From Candidatus Saccharimonadota bacterium (GTDB taxonomy: Bacteria > Patescibacteriota > Gracilibacteria > BD1-5 > UBA2023): a stretch of 32,000 nt of DNA. The notes beneath the pieces were generated by a model that was not told the origin of the DNA, made no database searches, and saw nothing but the letters and a program-made list of their open reading frames with translations. Positions 11,000 to 19,400 of this stretch are shown here, one piece after another. Made by a program: the position numbers and the translations under genes. The DNA is taken from contig OY970170.1 in NCBI GenBank assembly GCA_963706795.1, positions 690,001 to 722,000 on the forward strand, given 5' to 3'. How positions within the stretch are numbered: the stretch's first letter is position 1; each line of letters begins with the position of its first letter.

Positions 11000-11572
11000 A
11001 TGTTGTCTAAAAATGGCGAAAAAAGATTGGTGCTATAGTATCGATTTTGGCTTACTGATCAAGAGTAATTAGAATTATTTTTTTGATCATCCCTGTCGAA
11101 ATTGGCATGTTTTTGAATAAAAACATATAAATTATCTCATAAGAAATATAGATTGTTCACTTCTCTCTATAGAGAGAAGAACTCAGTATAGAATTTATTC
11201 TTTAACATATATCTATGAATGTACAAGATCTGGATAGTCGCACGCTTTCGAGAAGTGCGCTACTATACATATGTACCTGAAGCAGGAAGCAAATATCTTC
11301 TCTCTTCAGAGCTCATTAAGAAAGCCTCACTCTCCCAGAACGGTAATCGGATTGTCACCCGAGAGCCTCCACTCAAATAAATATAAACACGTCTTGCGAT
11401 ATAAACACCAATAGACCTACCAATAGGAAAGAGATGGTATCCTGCAGCTTTTACTAAAAGAGCCCCAAAAAGCCCTATTTTTTTTAAAAAGATTCAGAAT
11501 AACCTCTCTTTCCAACAAAAATAACAAAAAGTCGGAAAGGTAAATATGCCGAGTTACAAATTTTTCCCCAAG

Positions 11573-11757
11573 GTGGAGTGAGCCAGTGTAATTACACTGT
11601 AGAGCCTGACAAGCTCAATCATACTACTTGGTTTCTCCACTTTATCAGGGGTTTCGACCCCTCTTCGGATGAGATTAAGAGCATAAGTTGGTATCGGTCC
11701 GCCTACCAAGGCTAACGATAACCAGAACAAACCTCGCTTCGGCGAGGTCTTTTTTTT
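11573..11757 (+). ncRNA. Unassigned structured RNA candidate ending in an intrinsic terminator
   Basis: No credible ORF lies between 11000 and 11841. The plus strand shows nested helices: gtggag (11573-11578) pairs with ctccac (11635-11640), enclosing the perfect palindrome cagtgtaattacactg (11584-11599). Further hairpins are aggggtttcgacccct (11647-11662) and ggtatcg...cgataacc. A GC-rich terminator follows. The 5' boundary and the family are unknown. Confidence 0.25.
11731..11757 (+). terminator. Intrinsic terminator
   Basis: The stem-loop acctcgc-ttcg-gcgaggt (UUCG tetraloop) is followed by a run of eight T. Confidence 0.6.
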
Positions 11758-11762
11758 CTTAA

Positions 11763-11787
11763 AAATCTCCAAAAAGGGGATTTTTTT
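11763..11787 (+). terminator. Second, weaker tandem terminator-like hairpin
   Basis: The hairpin aaatctcc-aaaaa-ggggattt contains one G-U pair and is followed by a T-run. It lies about 55 nt upstream of the methylthiotransferase start. Confidence 0.4.
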
Positions 11788-11841
11788 GACCATATGCTCG
11801 ATCTTTACAGAACACTAAGTTTTTTTATACTCTGTGCTCTT

Positions 11842-13182
11842 ATGAAAACTAAAATCTTCGGGTGCAAGACAAATAAATATTTCTCAGAAAAATGGGAATC
11901 ACATCCCTCCATGCAAGGAGCTCAGGGGATTTTTGTAGCGTCGTGTGTGGTTACGGATCAAGCAAAGGCTAAGTGGGTAAAATTCGTTAAGCGATCCATA
12001 GTCTGACTCTGATCGGGCGAAAAGATTTATCTCACAGGATGTGGGTCGATTCGTGGAGGGAAGATCGATGAGGCATTTTATGAGCAATATAGCGAACTCG
12101 CTCCGTATAAAGATCAGATAGTGCTTCTCTGAGAAGATCCGGAGGATGTTGATGCACGCAAAAATATTCCCACGACTAAAGTGGATATGGCATCCAAGAT
12201 CGCCGCATTCAAGCTTAAAGCGACCAATGAGAAGCTCTATACGCGTAAGCATCTCGTTATCCAGACTGGTTGTGACAATTTTTGTACATTTTGTCTCACT
12301 CTTCAGGCTCGTGGGCGTCACAAGAGTAGGGATATTGACTCGATTCTCGATGAAATCCGCGAATATGAGGCGGGTGGCGGCAAAGAAGTCGTGCTCACTG
12401 GAACAAATCTTTGAGCATGGTGAGCTGCAAGTTCCAACGACTTTAAGGCTTCTAAGCTTATTGATCTCATTGATCGCATCCTCACTGAGACAACATTGCC
12501 TCGTCTCCGAATCTCAAGTCTGGGTGTAGAATTTGTTTCGGATGAGCTTCTAGCGCGTTTTGCTCTCAAGCGGATTCATGCCTACGCACACCTCTCGGTG
12601 CAGTCTGGATCAGACAAAATACTCAAAGCGATGAATCGTCACTATGACCGTCCGTGGCTCCTGGATCGCCTCCAAAAACTCGTACATCTCAAAAGAGAAG
12701 ATAGTGTTGGGATCCAGATTGGTGCGGATTTGATCGTAGGTTTTCCGGATGAGAACGAGGCTGATTTTGCTGATACGCTCTCGCTTGTCCGACAATTTGG
12801 AGTGACTCAACTCCATGCATTTCCATTTTCGGCACATGTCGACAAATACCATGTGCCGGCCTGAGTTTTCCCAAATCAGGTAGAGGAACGTACAAAACTT
12901 GATCGACTTGATCTTTTACTTCAGGAATGAGATATCTCAAAAGATACCTTCCTCCGATTAAATCATGGTAAGCGCTTTGCGGTTCTTCTTGAAGGAAAGC
13001 CAAGTTCGACTGTGTTTAAGGGTTGGAGTGAGAACTACATTGCCTGCAGCGAAGAGAATTTTATACCTGATGCAGGCTCAAAATTTGTTCGAGGTGAAAT
13101 CATCTATGGTGCCTATCAGTACCACGCTCTGCCAAAAAGAAGTGAATGAACTTTGCAAAATTTGGCCGATGAAATAGAATAG
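11842..13182 (+). CDS. Radical-SAM methylthiotransferase, MiaB/MtaB/RimO family (MtaB-like tRNA modification enzyme)
   Basis: ATG 11842 is in frame with fragments 12181..12414 and 12496..12864. I hand-translated to TAG 13180-13182 and found eight in-frame TGA and no TAA/TAG. The N-terminal MTTase domain has GCKTN...ASCVVT...LTGCG. The radical-SAM cluster is CDNFCTFC. Other motifs are LTGTNL-[TGA]-AW-[TGA], HLSVQSGS and a TRAM-like C-terminus. Confidence 0.85.
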
Positions 13183-13206
13183 GCAGTTATTTTTTAAGAA
13201 AACAAT

Positions 13207-13521
13207 ATGACAGTTTTACATACAACGGACGCAACATTTGCAAATGATACATCAACAGGACTGGTTCTCGTGGATTTTTGGGCTGAATGGTGTGGGCCAT
13301 GCAAGATCATGCTTCCTCGCCTCGACGAGCTCGCTGACAAGATGGGTGAAAAGGCAAAGATCATGAAGATCGATGTTGATGAAAACAACGATACAGCTGG
13401 TCAATTCGGGATCATGTCTATTCCAACTATGATTCTCTTCAAGGATGGTCAGATGGTAGAAAAAGTCACTGGAACCCGCGAAACTGCTGATCTTGAAGCT
13501 ATGATCGCAAAACACGCATAA
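13207..13521 (+). CDS. trxA: Thioredoxin
   Basis: This is an intact 104-aa ORF with the WCGPC active site (DFWAEWCGPCK) and the cis-Pro region SIPT. It contains no TGA. Confidence 0.97.
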   Translation: MTVLHTTDATFANDTSTGLVLVDFWAEWCGPCKIMLPRLDELADKMGEKAKIMKIDVDENNDTAGQFGIMSIPTMILFKDGQMVEKVTGTRETADLEAMIAKHA

Positions 13522-13544
13522 TACGAGTTTGCCAATATTTAAAA

Positions 13545-13570
13545 AATACTGCGAAAGCAGTATTTTTTTT
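13545..13570 (+). terminator. Intrinsic terminator after trxA
   Basis: The stem-loop aatactgc-gaaa-gcagtatt (GNRA loop) is followed by a T-run. Confidence 0.75.
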
Positions 13571-13688
13571 ATGACGTCCTTGTATTGGAGGGGCGCGCAA
13601 GAATTTTTGACTTGTGGATCTTCTTTATATACTGTTCACGTTTCATAAGTAAGTCTTTTTTGGCGTAACAAGTGACTCAAAAACAAAT

Positions 13689-13694
13689 GGAGGT
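13689..13694 (+). promoter_or_regulatory. Canonical Shine-Dalgarno (GGAGGT), 3 nt upstream of ATG 13698
   Basis: The sequence reads aaatGGAGGTactATG. None of the other roughly 15 start sites I inspected in this window has a recognisable SD. Confidence 0.5.
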
Positions 13695-13697
13695 ACT

Positions 13698-14009
13698 ATG
13701 CGTACAATCAATGTTGTTAAAGGGAAAGAAGTCCGAGGCTTTGGGGTAGCAAATTTTACAGGGAGGATTAATATCCCAGGCCAAGGTGAAGCAGAAAGAC
13801 TGGCAGCAGAATTACAAGCCCTATCAGTGTCAGAGCAGGAATCGATTGCTCGTAGCCTGCATTTGCCACTTGCAAGACTGCTGTCATGGGCAGGGCAATC
13901 CGGTCAGAAGCCAGAAGCAGTTATAGAAGTTCCACCCAACGAAAATGAAGGGCTGTTTGCGTGATGAACTCGATTTTCTTTTCTTCTTAGTCAACTCTAC
14001 ATCATGTAG
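13698..14009 (+). CDS. Hypothetical orphan protein (88 aa if TGA stops; 103 aa under code 25)
   Basis: The ORF has an ATG with a strong SD. It ends in tandem TGA-TGA (13962-13967); under UGA=Gly the frame continues to TAG 14007-14009, inside the terminator stem. By eye it is more GC-rich than its neighbours. I recognise no family. Confidence 0.5.
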
Positions 14010-14018
14010 AGTTTTTTT
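13993..14018. terminator. Intrinsic terminator between convergent orphan ORF and cNMP-binding gene
   Basis: The hairpin aactctaca-tca-tgtagagtt is followed by a T-run on the plus strand. Confidence 0.6.
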
Positions 14019-14030
14019 GTGTGTATTTTC

Positions 14031-15152
14031 TTATGTAAGCTGCTCATTGACAGCAGTTTTTGTGGCTTCGATGTGCTGTTCGGGAGTCAGCTTTTCGTTG
14101 TTTTTGGCGATTATACTGCTGAATTCTAGAGCAATGTTTTTATAGAGAAGCACTTGTTGCTTGAGCGGAAGGGAGGCAATAAACTCTTCACTTATTTCGA
14201 GAGTGATGGATTCTGTGTCGGTCACTATCGAATTGTGATGGTACGGGACTCATGAAAGAAAGGTCATCGTTCCAAATGATCCACTGTCCCCCATTTTTGC
14301 TATTATTTTATTTGCTCGAACAATAGAGACTTCACCTCGGGCAAGTATAAAGAAATGCCTATTGTTTCAGCGTCCTTCATGGAGTGCTATTTTTCACTCC
14401 TCGATTTTTCTGACAGGGATAGATCAATCAATAACGGATCTGTGAAGGATTTCGCTATCCATTCATTTAATTGGAGGGGAAATCTTTACGAGTTTTTCAA
14501 TGATTTTTCGACAGGCATTTTGTTGCTCGGTAGGTGCTCGGGAGAGATCCACAAGTGTTCACTGGTCAATTTTGCTCTTATCGAGTATTTTCGCTCATTC
14601 TATTCCAATTTTTTTTACATGTTCCTCATTGTGAGCGGCGACAATATTTCAGAACTCACAGGCTATATTTTTATATAGGAGAATCTGTTCTCTTAAGGGG
14701 AGATGTGTTACAAATCTTTCTCCAATCTCGAGAGTTACCGCCGATGATTCGGTAATAATGGAGCTGTTGCGTGTCCCTCAAGATAAAAAAGCCATGGTCC
14801 CAAAGGAGCCATTATTTTCGAGAATTGCAATGGTCTTACCTCATCGTACTACAGCTATTCGCCCCTGAGCTAATACAAAGAAATTTGTGCAGTTTCCTTC
14901 ACCCTCGCGCATTATTACTTCTCATTTTTCTGCTCTTCGTAGTGGTACAACACGAGAAAAAATACCGTGATAGATAATTTCACTATCCATTCACTTGAGA
15001 GTAGGTGAAATCTTTACAAGTTTTTTCACGATTTCACGCACTTCTGTTTGTTGCTTTTTTGTCTGTAGCAGGTCGATTACGCTTCCGCCGTAATCTTCTA
15101 CGGTTCGTATTTCTGGAGGCACACTTTTACTTCTTGCAAGGAGGCGATGCAT
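14031..15152 (-). CDS. Tandem cyclic-nucleotide-binding (CAP-effector type) domain protein, no recognisable output domain
   Basis: I hand-translated from ATG 15150-15152 (in-frame TAA 12 nt upstream) to TAA 14031-14033. The frame covers 373 codons with 12 in-frame TGA and no TAA/TAG. It contains two paralogous cNMP-binding domains (REGEGNCTNFFVLAQGRIAVV...GSFGTMAFLSGG...VTLEI and HEGRGNNRHFFILARGEVSIV...GSFGTMTFLSG...ITLEI). The plus-strand ORFs in the track here are antisense shadows. Confidence 0.85.
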
Positions 15153-15235
15153 GAGGAGGGCTTATACTGAGAGTCAGTGTATTCTTAAATATTAATTATT
15201 TCTTAATTTTTTGATGCAATCGTATCGCAGGCAAT

Positions 15236-15263
15236 AAAAAACCCTCTTTCGAGGGATTTTTTT
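15236..15263 (-). terminator. Intrinsic terminator after the giant-gene/tsaB/bPH operon
   Basis: The hairpin ccctc-tttc-gaggg has A/T extensions, and a T-run follows on the minus strand. The stop codon of the bPH gene abuts the stem. Confidence 0.7.
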
Positions 15264-15804
15264 ATGGTGTTTTCATGCGTTCTCGGTGAGTTCCTTTGAA
15301 TTCTTGGACGATATTGAGGATGATGCGAGCATGTTCGATTGGTTCGGGCGCGAGCATCATATTGAATTCTGAGGTTTCTGAGGCAGTGCGGATGGTGACG
15401 GTTCCAAAATTCAGAAGATTTTGCATGAGTCAGCGAGCCTCTCCGTTGATTTCTTGGACTTGGTCGAGCGAACATTCACGGACGGTACGATTGAGGAACG
15501 AGAGCTGTTCGATACCGATGATACGTTCGTTCGTAACGATAAAGAAGTCGAGCTCGTTATCTACCCAGTATACGTAGATGAAGAGACTAAATACCATGAC
15601 GAATCCAATCACACTCAGGTCGATAAACGAAGTCGAAAGGAATGCTGGCATAAATGCCTTGTAGACGAGTATAGCAATCGCGAGAGCGATCATGAGACCG
15701 ATGTAGAGACCAGTATAGGCGAGAGTGATCCAATGCCTATGAAGCACATACTGCACTTCTTCTCCTGCACGGAGATTATGTATGCGAAGATCCTGTGGAA
15801 CCAT
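15262..15804 (-). CDS. bPH_2 (YdbT/YdbS-like) membrane-flanked PH-domain protein
   Basis: The gene starts at ATG 15802-15804, or possibly at TTG 15876. Two TM helices are followed by a bacterial PH-like domain (FFIVTNERIIGIEQLSF...LLNFGTVTIRTAS). ORF 15430..15876 continues across TGA 15430-15432 to TAA 15262-15264. Confidence 0.65.
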
Positions 15805-16432
15805 GGTGTTTGGTTGAGAAGGTAATATTGGGACGCTTGAGGTAAAGTGTCTCGATTCGCTTCTGAGAATGATCAAGATCTACCGACTGCACGAGCAAGC
15901 TCGTGTTCATGGGCAATTGTACACGAATTTTGCGCGCGGCAAAGTCAGGAAGTGTAACAAAGCCTGAGTACACGCCTTCGGTCACCTGTTCAATCGGCGT
16001 GAGATGCATGGCTTCTTGTGCATCTCTTTTCTCTATGCATTCAGCTTTGTTTGCCTCGAGTAACATCGGATATGTGCCGCCGCTCAATCGACAATATTCA
16101 AAGAAATCGATTGCAAAAAGTGCGGTTTTATTTGCAAGTGCGAGGGTATTTACGGTGAGACTTGCGATTCTTCAGCCTGTAAAACTGGCAGGACCATTCA
16201 CGAGGATAATATTTGAGAGGTTCTTTGTGCTCGTTTCGTGCTTCTGTAAAAAAGCTTCAATAACTTCCAAAAAGAGATCAAATTCATGTCCTTTAATATT
16301 GATGGTTTCGGTCGCAATAACGATTCGATTACGAGCATCAAAGAGCACCAGCAACCCTGGATCAGTGATGCTCTGTATGAGTAGGCTATTTGACGATGAA
16401 TTCTGCATGAATGTTATAGACGAATGAAGCAA
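15776..16432 (-). CDS. tsaB: tRNA N6-threonylcarbamoyladenosine biosynthesis protein TsaB (YeaZ)
   Basis: Fragments 16172..16432 and 15776..16087 are in the same frame and join across TGA 16172-16174. The hallmark motif is VNGPASFTG-[TGA]-RIAS (compare GPGSFTGLRIG). The start is TTG 16432 or ATG 16408, and the stop is TAA. The product is about 218 aa. Confidence 0.8.
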
Positions 16433-19400
16433 CTATAGAGTTCTTAGCATCTCGGACTTCGATGACAATGCGTCATTTATTAGTCGAATAGGTGAGGCGA
16501 TAATTTTTGTCGATTATATAGAGATTACCGTCTTGTGCGATACCGATGACTGGTTTGTGATCTGCAGTTGTGAGGTATCCACCACTTGGGAGACTTGCAG
16601 CATTTGGTCCATTACGCACAAAGGTAGTATCATCTCAGGTGATGACCGCCAGTCCTGTATTTTTGATTGCATCGATGCTGCCTGCGGATTCAATTGCTGT
16701 ATTTGGTGAGAGTCCAAATGATTCACGATAGAGCGTTGTTCCATTTTGATTTTTGAGGAAGATGCTCATTGGAGAATTCTTTGAAGCTGGTTCTACGCTC
16801 ACATTTAATCCATCAGCTTTTGGTTCAATAGTACCAGAGAATTCATCGATATTGGCGATGACTCCACTGCCTGATCGTAGTACTACTCCGTTCGCAGTAC
16901 GTAATTGTGTAACAAATCCTCAGTTTGTATCGGTCATGCTTGATCCACTTCCGATACGAGTGATGTTGCCGTTACGGTAGCGGATGAGGTCGATTGGCTC
17001 GCCATTTCGCTTCTCTCCGAGAGCTCCAGAGATGGTTGTACCGCTCTGAGATGCAATATTTGGTACTGGAGCGTAGATGATGAGCGTGAAGTTGCGGTAG
17101 CTCGTATTATTGTTTTCGTCGGTTGCCCAGATGCGTATTGGGCGATCCTCGAGCTTTTGAGATGGTCAAACAATAAAGTCGAATGGACGCTCTCATTTAT
17201 GAATAATAGCTGTCACATTATCAGAATCGCGATCATTTTCCTTGATGCCGTCGCCGTCACTGTCAGTCTTGAGATCGGAGTCGATCATGATGTCCTTGAT
17301 ACCCGAAACATCATCGACATATTGCGTCATATTGACGGTATCAGTGAGGTATACCGGCACGCGAATAGACTGTCCAATGCTGATATTTGGAGCCTCATTA
17401 TCGGCAGCAAATTGAGGAGAGAGAAGCGTAATATTAGCCTCAGTGTTGTCATCTACTCCGTTGACGCTCTTGAGTCCTGCGTAATACCAGTTGTTTTCAC
17501 GCTGGAGATTGACGTTGTAAGTGTCTGATTTTGGTCCGATTGATTGGTATTCGTACGAAGTCGCACCATTCATTTCGAGTTGTGCACCATTAAAGTAGGC
17601 AAGATCGAGGCGTGCAGCTGGCAGATCAATATCGATCTTGGTGCCAGGAAGCACCGGTTGTCACTTGAGATCTGAGAGATTTATCTTGATGGTACTTGGA
17701 GCAATGCTTGGGAGGAGGATATTTCCGTTGATCACCTCGATATTCATCGTTGTGAGGAATTCAACTTCGCTGTTTTCTGGAAGCTCGAGGATACCGCCGC
17801 TTCCGCTATTATCGGATGGAACATACTTGATACGAGCTCACCCAGCATCGGTAAAGATTGTGCGATTGCCTCCGACTTCGATGAATTGTCACCTCGTAAG
17901 TGTGCGGATCAATGGTGTGGTCATCGTCACTTCTCATCGTCCAGAAGTATAGAATGCCTTTTGAGCACGTAGTACTAATCCTGGCTTTTCGGCGTCGATC
18001 ACCGTCTCATTATCGAGATCAGGGAAGAGATCGACGTATGAGCGAACTGTCTTTGGAGTCATTTGACTTGGATCTTCTCCTGCCATCATGCGATCGAAGC
18101 GATCGATGTATTCAAAGAACTCGAGACGGAACATGTCATCAGCTTCTTTGCGAGCAGGGGAGAAACTGACATTGATCTCGCTCGTATTTGTAAATCGTTC
18201 TTCGAAGTGGTTTGGTGCACTCGGTACAGTCGTATCACCGAGGAGATTATCCATGGTAAATGTATCGATCGATGATGTCACTGGTTTTGGTGGCGTCGCG
18301 TTGATTGGATATTTAATAAAGATACCATTACCAATCTGATATACGAGATCGGCTTCATTTGCCTTGATTGGATCGATTTTGAGAACTTTTTCGTCACCAG
18401 TGAGTTCGTCGGTGTAGTCGAAGAGGCGAATTTGTTTGCCATTGTCGACACCGTAGATACCACGATATTCGTAGCTTCCGACGCTTGGATCGGTATTGCC
18501 GAGATCACTTGCGAGCGTGGTGTTTGCGTCAGTTTCGCTTGCTGCAAATCTGAGATCTGCACGGCTACTGTCTGCACTGATGCGAGCAACAGATGCTCGA
18601 AGGGCAGATCATTCATTTGCGATTTCGGTGAGAGCAGGATCTGGCTGACTGAGCGCGAGGAGTGCTTTATTTGTACGCTCGTCGAATTTAGACATATCAG
18701 GAAGTGCGTCCGTTGTTTTTGTCTCTGCGGAAACGAGCGTGTGCTCACTTGGATTACCAAAGACTTCGGCGAGTGTTTTTTTGCCAGCCATAACATCAGC
18801 AATTTGTGCCTGCATGATGCGATTTTTTTCAGTTTCAGACTGGATGTAGTCCTTCGCGATTCTAAATTTTTCGGTGTTGTCTTTTTGGAGATCGGCGATG
18901 AATTTTTCTTCGGCTGCTCCGTCATAATTGAGGCCGCGTTCGAGTTCGTGCTTAATGGCATCGATTTTTGGATCTTCACCTGACTTGATTGTGAGGAGAT
19001 CTTTTTTGAGATCCTCCTTAAAGTCATCGAGCGTGAGAGATTCTTTTGCTTGACGAGCTCCTTCTGTGAGCGCAGAGCGGAAAGAATATGCGAGTGTTAC
19101 TCCAAATACACCAAGAACATCATTGGTATTCATTCCGATCTTGTTTGGCGCCACATCAATTCGCTGATTGCCTGGAGCAACTCCGCGGTAATCAAAATTG
19201 CCGATTGGCTTCACATTGCTGAGGTTGGAGAGATCTGACGTAAATCGATTGAGCGGCGTGAAGGTTGATTTTGCCATCTCAAGAAGGAAATCCACTTGGA
19301 ATTCGAGATTCACAAAGGTTGTCACCTTGATCGCGTCAATAAAACTTGTATTGAATTGTGGGTATTCGACACTAAGGAAATCGAGTCCAGGAATCTTGCC

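Noticed and set aside
11000-11540. Replication origin in the AT-rich spacer
   Set aside because: I could find no clustered DnaA-box-like 9-mers (TTATNCACA or its complement). No dnaA or dnaN gene is adjacent.
11554-11793. 79-aa minus-strand ORF in the long intergenic region
   Set aside because: It runs antisense through the two terminator hairpins and the structured segment. It has no start context and no recognisable fold. An artefact of GC-richer RNA-like sequence is more likely.
11647-11815. tmRNA hypothesis (GGGGTTTCGAC resembles the tmRNA 5' GGxUUCGAC element; GCT AAC GAT AAC resembles an AND... tag start)
   Set aside because: No tRNA-like T-arm, acceptor or CCA 3' end follows. The putative tag frame would run 35 codons through two terminators and past the annotated MtaB start region. 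It also lacks a hydrophobic ...AA terminus.
6507-13182. Reading the split VirB4-like, argS and methylthiotransferase ORFs (and other fragmented genes) as pseudogenes or assembly frameshifts
   Set aside because: All fragments of each gene stay in the same frame. Every interruption is TGA, never TAA/TAG and never a frame change. Several TGA fall on invariant Gly positions. Recoding explains all of them at once; decay would produce mixed stops and indels.
14355-14977. Three plus-strand ORFs (14355..14678, 14534..14755, 14771..14977)
   Set aside because: They are antisense to the tandem cNMP-binding gene, which is continuous on the minus strand once TGA is read as Gly. The two similar plus-strand stretches I first took for a DNA repeat are simply the two paralogous protein domains.
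16514-17173. Minus-strand ORFs 16514..16744 and 16934..17173
   Set aside because: They are in a different frame from the giant ORF, whose frame stays open with beta-rich, protein-like sequence through this region to TAG 16386. The alternative-frame products are low-complexity.
18278-19027. 249-aa minus-strand ORF in an alternative frame
   Set aside because: It lies entirely inside the giant ORF in a different frame. Its product is Ser/Lys/Thr/Gln-rich low-complexity sequence typical of off-frame translation, while the overlapping main frame is protein-like.
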